From the IMG/VR virus record IMGVR_UViG_3300036770_005682, positions 64,001 through 128,000 of that record: a stretch of 64,000 bases of DNA; one strand, written 5' to 3'. This DNA is from a virus. The notes under the pieces were generated by a model. It saw only the letters and a list, made by a program, of their open reading frames with translations. It was not told where the DNA came from and searched no databases. Both the position numbers and the translations under genes were made by a program. Within the stretch, counting starts at the first letter, position 1. Each line of letters opens with the position of its first letter. Positions 29,156-37,698 of the stretch are shown piece after piece.

Positions 29156-29518
29156 CTACTTCCAGCAGGCAGCGGAATAGACGACTTCGCTCAGGTTGTC
29201 GCAATAGACATCAAGCACTTCGTGCTCAACGACTAGCGTACCTTTCGCTTCGCCACGGTTCACGAGTCGGACACGGCGCACTTCGTACAGGTCTAGGTAG
29301 TTGAGTACCACCTCAACCGCACGACTCTCTCCGCACAGCATTAGCAAGCCAATGGTCACGCCATCGCTAGCGTTCACCTTTGCCCACTTTCCACCGCACA
29401 CAGCGAGAAAGGTCATCTTGCCCATTTGGGCTATGACCTCTTGCGGGTCGCAGTCACGACCTGAACGGTCAAGGTTGCGCAAGGCAATCAGAGACAGGTC
29501 GGTTTTCGTTGCTTTCAT
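29156..29518 (-). CDS. Cassette hypothetical phage protein
   Basis: GAAAGGGGGTG RBS; LDLYEVRR...DVYCDNLSE. Confidence 0.7.
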   Translation of the reverse strand: MKATKTDLSLIALRNLDRSGRDCDPQEVIAQMGKMTFLAVCGGKWAKVNASDGVTIGLLMLCGESRAVEVVLNYLDLYEVRRVRLVNRGEAKGTLVVEHEVLDVYCDNLSEVVYSAACWK

Positions 29519-29541
29519 TTCTTCACCCCCTTTCACCTTGC

Positions 29542-29586
29542 AGGGTACAAGTCGCAAGTGGGTAAGTCAATAGGACAAGTGTCACA
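29542..29586 (-). promoter_or_regulatory. Cassette promoter with CRP-like box
   Basis: TGTGA-N6-TCCTA abutting TTGACT-N17-TACCCT. Confidence 0.72.
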
Positions 29587-29597
29587 CTCGCCAGCCA

Positions 29598-29638
29598 GCC
29601 CGCCCGCACGCCCGCCCGCACGCCCGCCCGCACGCCCG
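29598..29638. repeat. 12-bp tandem repeat GCCCGCCCGCAC x3
   Basis: Seen directly in the linker. Confidence 0.8.
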
Positions 29639-29783
29639 TACGCACGCGCGCGTAAGAGTCCCGGACGGGATTTATTCCCGACGGGGCTCCCGCACGGGAT
29701 TGACGGTGGTGGAAGAGTTCCGATGCGGGCACAAACAAAATGCCCGCCCCCTTGCGGAGACGGGCAGTTCGTTGGAGTTTCAG

Positions 29784-30140
29784 TTAGCGGTCTGGATTCG
29801 GCGTTGCCTTCACCGTAAAAGTTCCGCTTGCATCGTGGTGGGCGAGGTGGCAAGTGAGCACTTTCGTTTCAGGGTCAAGCGAGTAACGCAATGACCATTC
29901 CGAACGGACAGTGATACTTTCCAACAACTTCATCGGAGTATCGGCGTGGAAAATGCCGTCTATCGTGCGTGCCCACAAAGGGAATCCTTCAATGCGCCAC
30001 CAAGTGTCGCCTTCGTGAAGTTCCTTGTTGTGTTCAAGCATGACTTCGGCAGTCATGGCAAACAAGTCTGTCGCCATGTCCCACTCCCACTCTTCGGAAG
30101 TGTTGCTTACCTCTTCCCACTCCAAGTCGGAGTCAAGCAT
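29784..30140 (-). CDS. Cassette hypothetical protein
   Basis: GAAAGGGGGG RBS; C-terminal HHDASGTF; terminator at 29737-29770. Confidence 0.7.
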   Translation of the reverse strand: MLDSDLEWEEVSNTSEEWEWDMATDLFAMTAEVMLEHNKELHEGDTWWRIEGFPLWARTIDGIFHADTPMKLLESITVRSEWSLRYSLDPETKVLTCHLAHHDASGTFTVKATPNPDR

Positions 30141-30170
30141 GACTCCCCCCTTTCATGAGTTGAGAATGAC

Positions 30171-30225
30171 AGACTACCGACTTAGTAGCGATTAGTCAAG
30201 TAGGCATCGTGTGACATTAGGCACT
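30171..30225 (-). promoter_or_regulatory. Cassette promoter with CRP-like box
   Basis: AGTGC-N6-TCACA 10 bp upstream of TTGACT-N17-TAGTCT. Confidence 0.72.
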
Positions 30226-30465
30226 TCCGAGTAAGACGATAAGAATAAGGACTACAAAGATAGGCACTAATGACATGACAGCAACTTACCGCACCTGAGC
30301 CGAAAAAACAACAACCCGATGTCGGCGATGTCGGGATGGGACGGGAGCCCCGGAGGCCCGCTGCCGGCCCACGGGGCTAACGGGTATCCGACGGTGGCGG
30401 AAGAAGGGCTCGCACTTCTCGTCGGGCTGACTTGGTCTGCTCAGTTTCAGTCGTGCTGTTTCGTG

Positions 30466-30542
30466 CGAACGCCTGTTCGGGTCGTGAGACGCTCTGCCCC
30501 TGTGTGTCTCATGCGAACACCTGTTCGGCGAACATCTGTTCT
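30466..30542. promoter_or_regulatory. Three LexA/SOS boxes (CGAAC-N4-GTTCG)
   Basis: 30466-30479, 30514-30527 and 30529-30542 (last ends GTTCT); matches the Gram-positive/actinobacterial LexA consensus. Confidence 0.75.
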
Positions 30543-30585
30543 GTGACAAACGACACTTGCAATGTGTCCTTGACACCTGTACCCT
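30542..30585 (+). promoter_or_regulatory. Cassette promoter with CRP-like box
   Basis: TGTGA-N6-ACACT overlapping TTGCAA-N17-TACCCT. Confidence 0.7.
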
Positions 30586-30590
30586 ACTAG

Positions 30591-30692
30591 GTGGGACAAC
30601 CTGCCCGCCTAGCCTGTGGTGAAGCGACCTGCGTCACGGGGGGAACTAGAAAAGGTAGGGGGTGCGCCGTAGGGAAGGCGTACCTGTCCCAC
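30591..30692 (+). ncRNA. Candidate structured 5' leader RNA
   Basis: GTGGGACA/TGTCCCAC closing stem; inner CCTGCC/GGTAGG and GGTGCGCC/GGCGTACC stems; starts at the predicted TSS. Confidence 0.45.
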
Positions 30693-30719
30693 TCAACATA
30701 AGAACCGAGAAGGGGAACC

Positions 30720-30896
30720 ATGACACGCAAAGATTATGTCTTGCTTGCCAGTCATCTCCGCTACGCTCGTACGGGCGTTTCCGTCTCTCTGCTTGCAGGG
30801 TTTGACGAAGCCGTAGAAGCAATAGCGGACGCACTCGCAAGTGAGAACCACCGTTTTGACCGCGATAAGTTTTTGGAAGCGGTGAACCCGAACTAA
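30720..30896 (+). CDS. Small phage early protein (MTRKDY...RFDRDKF type)
   Basis: 58 aa, below the ORF-track cutoff; GAAGGGGA RBS; terminator follows. Confidence 0.75.
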   Translation: MTRKDYVLLASHLRYARTGVSVSLLAGFDEAVEAIADALASENHRFDRDKFLEAVNPN

Positions 30897-30920
30897 ACAT
30901 TCCCAACACCACAGGCACAG

Positions 30921-30957
30921 AAAGCCCCATGCCGTTTGGCGTGGGGCTTTTTGTTTG
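30921..30957 (+). terminator. Intrinsic terminator
   Basis: AAAGCCCCATGCC-gttt-GGCGTGGGGCTTTTTGTTT. Confidence 0.8.
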
Positions 30958-31133
30958 CCCTCAACTCCCAGTCGGAACACCTCGCCAGATGGCTTTGATG
31001 GCATCTGGTAGCCCCGGAAGCCGTGCGGCAGCAACGGGGCTCCCACAGGAGTGCGACGGTGGTGGAAGTCCCCTGGTCTCCGCCTCTCCTCGCCTACCTC
31101 GCCCGCTGTCATCATTCGTCTGTCTCAAACTGA

Positions 31134-31178
31134 TGTGACAAACGTCATGTTGTGATGTGTACCTGACAGGTGTAGTGT
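31134..31178 (+). promoter_or_regulatory. Cassette promoter with CRP-like box
   Basis: TGTGA-N6-TCATG abutting TTGTGA-N17-TAGTGT; ATG 7 nt later. Confidence 0.68.
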
Positions 31179-31185
31179 GCTATGT

Positions 31186-31773
31186 ATGGAAACAGCAACG
31201 AAGGAAGCCATAGCACTACGGGTGCTTGCCGAATACTGGCAGACAGATGTAGCCCCAATGGTGAACCCACGAGCCTGTGTGCTTGCTGGACGCTTGGCGA
31301 CTGTTGTGCTTGGTCGCATCGGCATTTCCACCGCCGTCTACCACACCGACACCGTTGCTATGAATGACCTGTGGTACAACCTGTTCATCGTCAAGGGGCT
31401 TGGTCAGCAGTTCCTTCCCCCTGAGGCATGGTGTGTTGGTGCTGTCACCGCAGATGTCAAGGGAACGCACAGCACGATGGTTGGCGGTTTCAGCGGTCAC
31501 CTTGTTGTGACAACCCCGCACCACTTTGTAGACCTGAGCGCAAGCCAGTTTGACCGTCCCTCACATGACATCGTGACTGGCTCGCCACTCATCGTCCCCC
31601 GTGAGAACATCACAGACACGCCACATGGCAAGATGGTTCCGATACAGCGTGGTGTTTACATCACGAAGCCTGCCGAGAACCCTGCGTCATACCAATGGAC
31701 ACCCGACTGGCAGACCAACTACAAGACCTTTGCGAAGCCACTCATCACCCGCCTGCGGGAGATGTTCTCGTGA
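31186..31773 (+). CDS. Cassette hypothetical protein, possibly transglutaminase/papain-like
   Basis: ACVLA...GHLVV...VDLSASQFDRP gives a C-H-D order. Confidence 0.65.
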   Translation: METATKEAIALRVLAEYWQTDVAPMVNPRACVLAGRLATVVLGRIGISTAVYHTDTVAMNDLWYNLFIVKGLGQQFLPPEAWCVGAVTADVKGTHSTMVGGFSGHLVVTTPHHFVDLSASQFDRPSHDIVTGSPLIVPRENITDTPHGKMVPIQRGVYITKPAENPASYQWTPDWQTNYKTFAKPLITRLREMFS

Positions 31774-32027
31774 CCGTACGAGACTGGTACGAGTTTGTGG
31801 AAACGGACTTGGAGAACTACGAGCGTGAGAAGTTTCGTGAGATGCTGTCCGACATCGGCTTTGATGACCTGTATGTGGAACGCACCGATGACCACGGCAT
31901 TTGCTACTTGTGCGAGCGTGATGGAGTGTTGTACCTTGTAATGAACAGAGGACAACTGCGTGAGACAAATGCCTACTACCTTTGCTCTACCTGTACTAAC
32001 GAGATGAAGCGAAAGACCGAAGAATGA
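31770..32027 (+). CDS. Zn-finger hypothetical protein
   Basis: GTGA overlap; CYLC...CSTC. Confidence 0.6.
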   Translation: MTVRDWYEFVETDLENYEREKFREMLSDIGFDDLYVERTDDHGICYLCERDGVLYLVMNRGQLRETNAYYLCSTCTNEMKRKTEE

Positions 32028-32182
32028 CCGGAATGTTGTATTCGCAGCGCAACGCACACTCATGCCCGTGGGGGTGCTGTGGCGATTTCGTCAAGGGTCG
32101 TGGAACGAAGCACCGCTGTAAGAAGTGGCATCGCATCTTGCGTACCCGTGAGAAGCGCAACTGGAAGAAAGAGGAATGGTGA
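32024..32182 (+). CDS. Small basic Cys-containing protein
   Basis: 52 aa MTGMLYSQRNAHSCPWGCC...; ATGA overlap. Confidence 0.5.
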   Translation: MTGMLYSQRNAHSCPWGCCGDFVKGRGTKHRCKKWHRILRTREKRNWKKEEW

Positions 32183-32649
32183 CTGCACCCGAATACGAAA
32201 GTTGGTGGGACAGCGATGCTGGCAAGCCCGCCAGTCTCTGCGATGCCTGCGGGCAGAAGCAACTACTAACCCAACAGACATCGCCCGCCCTTCCTGATGG
32301 GGGCTGGATTATGGAGTTTGAGCATTTCGGCTATTACGGCGGGTTCTCTGACGACATTGAGGTTGCGTTTGGCAAGCGAGACAGTAACTCATGGTCGCTT
32401 TGCCATGACTGCGTTGTGAAGTTCTTTGAGACATTCCCTGCGCTAGCGGAGAAGTTCGGTCGGGGGCACCACCCCAACTTCATTCACACAGACGACCTGC
32501 CGTACAGTGAGCGAGGCACATCTAGCCCGTCATGCTGTCGCTTTGCGTGGACATGGAATGTGACCGTTGAGAACGGAGAGAAGGTCTACGAGACTTTCTA
32601 CGGAGATGGCACAGGTGGCTGGGTTGCCCAGTCTAAGGAGCGAGTCTGA
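32176..32649 (+). CDS. Zn-binding hypothetical protein
   Basis: CDACG...GYYGGFSD...LCHDC. Confidence 0.65.
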   Translation: MVTAPEYESWWDSDAGKPASLCDACGQKQLLTQQTSPALPDGGWIMEFEHFGYYGGFSDDIEVAFGKRDSNSWSLCHDCVVKFFETFPALAEKFGRGHHPNFIHTDDLPYSERGTSSPSCCRFAWTWNVTVENGEKVYETFYGDGTGGWVAQSKERV

Positions 32650-32695
32650 TGGTTGTCAGCATCGTCGCCCTGATAGCCATCCTTCTGCTGTTGTC

Positions 32696-32908
32696 CTAGA
32701 ACAGCATTTCCCCGCTACTGCCCTCTTTCTTTTTTCTGCTTGTCTCTGTCTCTACGCAGATGGAGTGGGCGTACTTGTGCTGGTTCTTCACGCCCCTGAT
32801 GCCTGTGTTGTTGTCACGCACCCACGCCAACACGAGTTTCATAGTTCCACTTTGGTTCGGAACTACCTCTTGGTCACAGAACTCACATCGGAAGCGAACG
32901 TACGACAT
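32696..32908 (-). CDS. Zn-ribbon hypothetical protein
   Basis: CEFC...HSIC. Confidence 0.45.
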   Translation of the reverse strand: MSYVRFRCEFCDQEVVPNQSGTMKLVLAWVRDNNTGIRGVKNQHKYAHSICVETETSRKKKEGSSGEMLF

Positions 32909-33047
32909 TATGGAAATAATACCGGCCGGGGCTCCCGAGCGCAACAGCATCTTCTTTGACGGTGGTGGAAGAAGCCCCTGAACGGGGACAGCAGAAAGCC
33001 CACACCCGTTTCCGAGTGTGGGCTGACTGTTGGAAGCGAGTTGTGCG

Positions 33048-33503
33048 CTAGTTGTTCTTGGCGATGAGTTGGTAAAGCGTGGAGAGCAGAGCGTCTGCGA
33101 GAGAGCCGTGCGCTTCACCTTCGTCTGTCATCGGTTCATCGGGGTCGTGCTGAAAGACGACTGCCGAACCCATTGTTCCGTCACGCTCAACGCAAGCACA
33201 GAGACGCACACGCTGACGGAGTGGGTGCTGGCTTGGTGCGCCTTCCACTTCGCCGTTGGAGTTGAGTGGGGAAGCCCACCCCGTCGTCAGGACACCAATG
33301 CCCTGCTCGTACTCCTGAATGTTCTCAATGCTCGGCAGGCTCGCAAGCCCTTCGTAGATGTCTCCTGCTGTCGCAAGGACACGGAAGCCGTCGGCACAGT
33401 ACGCAAACAGGACTGCCTGTTCCATACTGAAACCTTCGTCTCCTTCCTTGGAGAGTGAGTGCTGGGCGAGTAACGCCATACGCACAGGTGTTGGTGTTGT
33501 CAC
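33048..33503 (-). CDS. Cassette hypothetical protein
   Basis: GAAAGGGG RBS; terminator at 32995-33025; GWASP...PSQHPLRQRVRL. Confidence 0.72.
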   Translation of the reverse strand: MTTPTPVRMALLAQHSLSKEGDEGFSMEQAVLFAYCADGFRVLATAGDIYEGLASLPSIENIQEYEQGIGVLTTGWASPLNSNGEVEGAPSQHPLRQRVRLCACVERDGTMGSAVVFQHDPDEPMTDEGEAHGSLADALLSTLYQLIAKNN

Positions 33504-33533
33504 TTGTTCCCCTTTCGTAGTGGTGACAGTTAC

Positions 33534-33578
33534 ACACTACACAGAACACAAACAAATGTCAATGTGTCGTTAGGCACA
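33534..33578 (-). promoter_or_regulatory. Cassette promoter with CRP-like box
   Basis: TGTGC-N6-ACACA abutting TTGACA-N17-TAGTGT. Confidence 0.75.
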
Positions 33579-33769
33579 GCCGGCAAGTCCAAACTTTGAC
33601 CGAGTCCAAACTTTGAGCAGGTCAAGACCGACAAACCGGAACGCCGGTGACATCTGGGGCTGAGAGCCCCGCGCCCCGCCGCAGCCCAACGGGGCTCCAC
33701 ACCACTTTGACGGTGGCGGAAGAAGCCCTCGTGTGCGCCTGCGTGTGTGCGCCTGCGTGTGTGCGTGAA

Positions 33770-33824
33770 TGTGCCGAATGTCACTACGCACCCCTATTGA
33801 CTTGCTGTTCCTGTCAAGTACACT
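33770..33824 (+). promoter_or_regulatory. Cassette promoter with CRP-like box
   Basis: TGTGC-N6-TCACT 11 bp upstream of TTGACT-N16-TACACT. Confidence 0.7.
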
Positions 33825-33856
33825 CAACAACACCTACTAACCGAAGGGACGGAACA

Positions 33857-34441
33857 ATGGGAATGGACGTAATCGGGAAGAACCCGAAGAACAAGAAGGG
33901 CGAATACTTCCGCAACAATGTGTGGTGGTGGCGACCCCTGTGGCAATACTGCGAGTATGTCGCACCCGAACTGACCGACAAGGTGGAATACGCTGGCTCT
34001 AATGACGGAGACGGGCTGGACGGAGATGACGCTCGCAAGTTGGGCAACGCTCTGCGGAAAGAACTCCGCAAGGGCATGACCGCCGTGTACATCTCTGCTC
34101 GTCAGGAATACTTGGACAGCCTGCCTGTTCGCCCGTGCGCCCATTGTGAGGCAACGGGAACTCGCAAGTGGCTGGTCAATGCCACTACAAACGAGCGCAA
34201 GCCGGCTGTGACCTACAACTTCTTGGAAGCGTTCACCAACGAGCAGACGAACAACGGGCAACTGCCGACTTACGAGTACCACACGCCCGAAGAAGGCTGG
34301 GTGGAAGAGACAACCGAATGTAATGGTTGTGAAGGCACGGGTGGACAGCCTGCGTGGGAACGCTCGTACCCCCTCACCGAAGAGAATGTTCGTGAGTTCG
34401 CCACCTTCTTGGTGAACTGCGGTGGATTTGAGATTTGGTGA
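33857..34441 (+). CDS. Phage early hypothetical protein with DnaJ-like CxxCxGxG motifs
   Basis: GEYFRNNVWWWRPLW...CAHCEATG...CNGCEGTG...GGFEIW. Confidence 0.78.
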   Translation: MGMDVIGKNPKNKKGEYFRNNVWWWRPLWQYCEYVAPELTDKVEYAGSNDGDGLDGDDARKLGNALRKELRKGMTAVYISARQEYLDSLPVRPCAHCEATGTRKWLVNATTNERKPAVTYNFLEAFTNEQTNNGQLPTYEYHTPEEGWVEETTECNGCEGTGGQPAWERSYPLTEENVREFATFLVNCGGFEIW

Positions 34442-34659
34442 TGACCCCCGTACATGACCTTGTGCTGCGCTTCATGCGCTCAAACCTCATTGGCAAGCGT
34501 GTCACTTTGTTGTTCACTTCCGACCCCTACACCAACCTCACACGGGGTGATGAAGGCGTTGTGGACTACATTGACGACATTGGTACTGTGTTCGTCAAGT
34601 GGGACAACGGCTCTCGCTTGGGTCTTGTGGAAGGAGAAGATTTGTGGACATACAACTGA
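34441..34659 (+). CDS. DUF4314-like SH3-fold protein
   Basis: GKRVTL...DPY..L..GDEGVVDYIDDIGTVFVKWDNGSRLGL. Confidence 0.75.
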   Translation: MTPVHDLVLRFMRSNLIGKRVTLLFTSDPYTNLTRGDEGVVDYIDDIGTVFVKWDNGSRLGLVEGEDLWTYN

Positions 34660-34898
34660 CAGATGAATGGGCTGACATCTCTATTGCTGAGTTGGCTGAC
34701 CTCATGGAAGAGAACTACTACCTGCTCGCAAGTACGGGTCAGGACGCTTTTTTGGCGTTCGCAGATGATGTGTTGCGTGGTGCGTTCACCGAGTATCACG
34801 GCATGAGCGAGGAACGGACTGCTTTGCTCATGGTTGAGTTTGTCAAGCGTATGGTTCTTGTGTGGGACAAGCCTGCCGTGCCTTACGAGGTGCGCTAA
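34644..34898 (+). CDS. Hypothetical protein
   Basis: AAGGAG RBS before GTG. Confidence 0.6.
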   Translation: MDIQLTDEWADISIAELADLMEENYYLLASTGQDAFLAFADDVLRGAFTEYHGMSEERTALLMVEFVKRMVLVWDKPAVPYEVR

Positions 34899-34963
34899 TG
34901 CTGTGGTTTATCGGTATGTCGGCACTCGCTAGTCTTATTTTGTACCTGCGCTTCTCTGACTAA
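34898..34963 (+). CDS. 21-aa hydrophobic micropeptide
   Basis: MLWFIGMSALASLILYLRFSD; TAATG overlap, GAGGTG RBS. Confidence 0.45.
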   Translation: MLWFIGMSALASLILYLRFSD

Positions 34964-35010
34964 GTTCTCCAACAGGGGTAATCCGTCCCCCCTTTCACCT
35001 CTGTTGGACT

Positions 35011-35056
35011 GAAACCCCCAAGTCGTGTCTCACGCTGGCACGGCTTGGGGGTTTTC
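35011..35056 (+). terminator. Intrinsic terminator
   Basis: GAAACCCCCAAGTCGTG...CACGGCTTGGGGGTTTTC. Confidence 0.75.
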
Positions 35057-35246
35057 TCATGTCCGAACTTCGGTGGCCATCTACGGCCAGCATCACAGAT
35101 GGTAAATACGACCCGCCGGGGCTCCCGCCCGCCCGCCCGTCACTACTTTGACGGTGGCGGAAGAGCAGGGACACGAGAGTGGGTACACGAGAAAGGGGTC
35201 GCCCACCGCATTTGGCAGGCGACCCCTTAGCAGGGACGGTCAGTTG

Positions 35247-35822
35247 TCAGTTCTGCGAGTTCTGATAGGCGTGACACGCCTTCGTGAAGGCACGGAAGAT
35301 GTCGGAGACAACGCCGTGGAGTTCTCCATCAGCGATGTCAGGCTCGTCATACACAGGCAGTCCGTTGTCGTCATAGCGATAGAACACGGTCGCACCGATG
35401 GGTTCTCCGTCCCACGGATACACGCTGACGATGATGCCTTCACGAACATCGGTGGAAGGGTTCGTCTTGTATTCCTCTTCGTACGCACCACGGTCGTGAT
35501 TTTCCAACTCTTCTTCGGTCACACTTCCAGCAGGCTTGGCGTAGCCTTCCACGATGTAGGCGAGCCACTTCCAGCGAACAGACTGAAAGTTGTCCACCAT
35601 TCCTTCTGCGAGTCCTGACAACATCAACGGCAAGGTGTCGGTCGGGTGTCCTTCCATCAGGTCGGGCATAATGAAGCCGTCACCGCTCGGCAGTTCACCA
35701 ACAAGGGTGGGCGGTGCGTCCGTTATCCCTTTGTTCTCTTCACAGATGCCGTACTTGGCTTCCATCGCACGGGCAACGACAGCCAACAGAATGTCTGTTG
35801 GCGTCATCTCTTCTTCTTCCAT
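35247..35822 (-). CDS. Acidic cassette hypothetical protein
   Basis: AAGGGGG RBS; terminator at 35192-35228. Confidence 0.72.
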   Translation of the reverse strand: MEEEEMTPTDILLAVVARAMEAKYGICEENKGITDAPPTLVGELPSGDGFIMPDLMEGHPTDTLPLMLSGLAEGMVDNFQSVRWKWLAYIVEGYAKPAGSVTEEELENHDRGAYEEEYKTNPSTDVREGIIVSVYPWDGEPIGATVFYRYDDNGLPVYDEPDIADGELHGVVSDIFRAFTKACHAYQNSQN

Positions 35823-35857
35823 TTGGTTCCCCCTTATGGGTAGTAGGTACAGGTGTC

Positions 35858-35901
35858 AGTTTATGGTGTGTCCAACCTGTTGTCAAGTGCCATCGGTCAC
35901 A
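35858..35901 (-). promoter_or_regulatory. Cassette promoter with CRP-like box
   Basis: TGTGA-N6-GCACT overlapping TTGACA-N17-TAAACT. Confidence 0.75.
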
Positions 35902-36064
35902 CGCCTGAAACTTGGAGTCAGTCCAAAGTTTGAGCAAGTCCAGCCCGCACCACGAGCCAGAAGGTCTGGCTGAGGGCAGAAGCCCCGCGCCCCGATGCTG
36001 CCGTCCGGGGCTCATCAGCCTGACGGTGGCGGAAGAAGCCCCTGCGCCCTGTACCCTGTACCGT

Positions 36065-36226
36065 ATGGGTCGGCGTAAGCACATCGCACAACCGAAATGG
36101 ACGGCAGACGAGCGCACAGCGTTCGGTGATGGGGTGCGTACACGAGCAAGCACCGTGCCTGACAAGCGCAAGCGGGAGAGCAAGCGAGCCTGCCGACAGC
36201 CTGTGACGGACGACACAGAGAAATAG
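36065..36226 (+). CDS. Small basic protein
   Basis: TACCCT -10 seven nt before ATG; RASTVPDKRKRESKRACR. Confidence 0.55.
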   Translation: MGRRKHIAQPKWTADERTAFGDGVRTRASTVPDKRKRESKRACRQPVTDDTEK

Positions 36227-36295
36227 TTGCTTTTCGTGTGTGGGGTGTGTAGTGTTCCCCTTGTACCTGACACCCACAGCAGGAAGCGATAAGGG

Positions 36296-36350
36296 TGTGG
36301 CGAATGTCACACAAGAACCTATTGACAAGTGCTTGTGTCCCCTGTAAGGT
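36296..36350 (+). promoter_or_regulatory. Cassette promoter with CRP-like box
   Basis: TGTGG-N6-TCACA 10 bp upstream of TTGACA-N17-TAAGGT. Confidence 0.75.
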
Positions 36351-36388
36351 ACACATTGTCCACAAGTCCCCAAACAAGAAAGAAGGAA

Positions 36389-36811
36389 ATGACCGTGGCA
36401 CACTCAGTAGAGCAGGCAACCCGCCTGTACCTGTTGGCAAAGGAAGCCAGCGCACAAGCGGAAGCACAGAAGAAGGAAGCGGAACAGGCGTTGCGTGAGG
36501 CACTCGCCATCGCAGGCATCAGCGCAAGCGTGGTGGACGGCATCAAGGTCGCCATCGTGGAAGGCGAGCGCAAGTCCTACGACGCAGACAAGTTGGCGAT
36601 GCTCGTGAAGCCCGCCACCTACAAGAAGGTCACCAAGCCCGTCGTGGACGGGGAGATGCTCGCAAGCGCAGTCAGCGTTGGCATCATCTCGCAGGAAGTG
36701 GCAGACACCATCACAAAGGTCACCACCTACTCGCAGGTGCGTACCACCGCCGTCTCGCCCGATGCGAAGGCGAAGTCCCTGTCCGACAACGGCAAGGCGC
36801 AGGTCGCCTAG
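36389..36811 (+). CDS. Hypothetical protein with N-terminal coiled coil (Gam/Gp157-like architecture, tentative)
   Basis: AGAAGGA RBS; helical N-terminus followed by a beta-rich region. Confidence 0.65.
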   Translation: MTVAHSVEQATRLYLLAKEASAQAEAQKKEAEQALREALAIAGISASVVDGIKVAIVEGERKSYDADKLAMLVKPATYKKVTKPVVDGEMLASAVSVGIISQEVADTITKVTTYSQVRTTAVSPDAKAKSLSDNGKAQVA

Positions 36812-36952
36812 CACCCACAAGTCTCGTGTGGGGTGGGAGACACCGCAGATGCTCGCCCACCCCACACAAGAAAGTGGCTACGCAGGTTGTGACTATCAAC
36901 CGAAGTGGCTACACTCCACAACACCAACAACTCCCACGAAAGGGGAACCCCA

Positions 36953-37693
36953 ATGACAAGTGTGGCAGACACACAAGAGACACTTCCCGCCTGTTGGCAG
37001 GAAGTCCACGATGCGCTGGAAGCGGGCATTGACCGCCTTATCCTGTTCGGCGTTCCAGGAACAGGCAAGACCTACGCAGGTCTGAACTACGGCAACACCG
37101 ATGCGGGTGCGTTCCGTCTCATCTGTACCGATGACATGACCAACGCCGATGTGACAGGGTGCTGGCAACCCAATGACCACGGCTCGTGGTCGTGGCTGGA
37201 AGGCTCGGCTATCCGTGCGTGGAAAGGCGATGGCACAGTCGGTGGTCGTCTCGTCATTGACGAGATAGACAAGGCTGGTGGCGATGTGTTCGCTACCCTG
37301 CTTGCGATGACCGACAGCCCTGAGAGCGCAAAGTGGGAACACCCGCACACCCGCAAGGTGTTGCGCCCCAACGCAGGTTTCAGCGTGGTGATGACCACCA
37401 ACATTGAGCAGATGAGCGACCTGCCGATGGCACTCAAAGACCGTTTCCCCGTGTGCGTCCGTATCAACGAACCGCACCCGTCAGCACTCGCCCGTCTGAG
37501 CGAGGACTTGCGTGACTACGCCCGTCAGATGGCAGACGCAGGCGAACGCCGTATCTCTCTCCGTGCGTTCTACGCCTTTGACCAACTGCGTACCGCACTC
37601 GGCACGAAGCGGGCGGCGCAGATGGTGTTCCGTGACCGTGCTAAGAGCGTGGTGGACGCTATCGCCATCAACACCATGACCCCGCAGAAGTAG
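36953..37693 (+). CDS. MoxR/CbbQ/NorQ-type AAA+ ATPase
   Basis: GVPGTGKT Walker A, LVIDEIDKA Walker B, TTN sensor, ALKDRF. Confidence 0.88.
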   Translation: MTSVADTQETLPACWQEVHDALEAGIDRLILFGVPGTGKTYAGLNYGNTDAGAFRLICTDDMTNADVTGCWQPNDHGSWSWLEGSAIRAWKGDGTVGGRLVIDEIDKAGGDVFATLLAMTDSPESAKWEHPHTRKVLRPNAGFSVVMTTNIEQMSDLPMALKDRFPVCVRINEPHPSALARLSEDLRDYARQMADAGERRISLRAFYAFDQLRTALGTKRAAQMVFRDRAKSVVDAIAINTMTPQK

Positions 37694-37698
37694 GGGTC

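Noticed and set aside
27204-31138. GC-rich ORFs spanning linkers, many containing FRHRQ or FDGGGR
   Set aside because: These peptides are translations of the DNA motif in different frames and strands; they lack RBSs and cross promoters and terminators.
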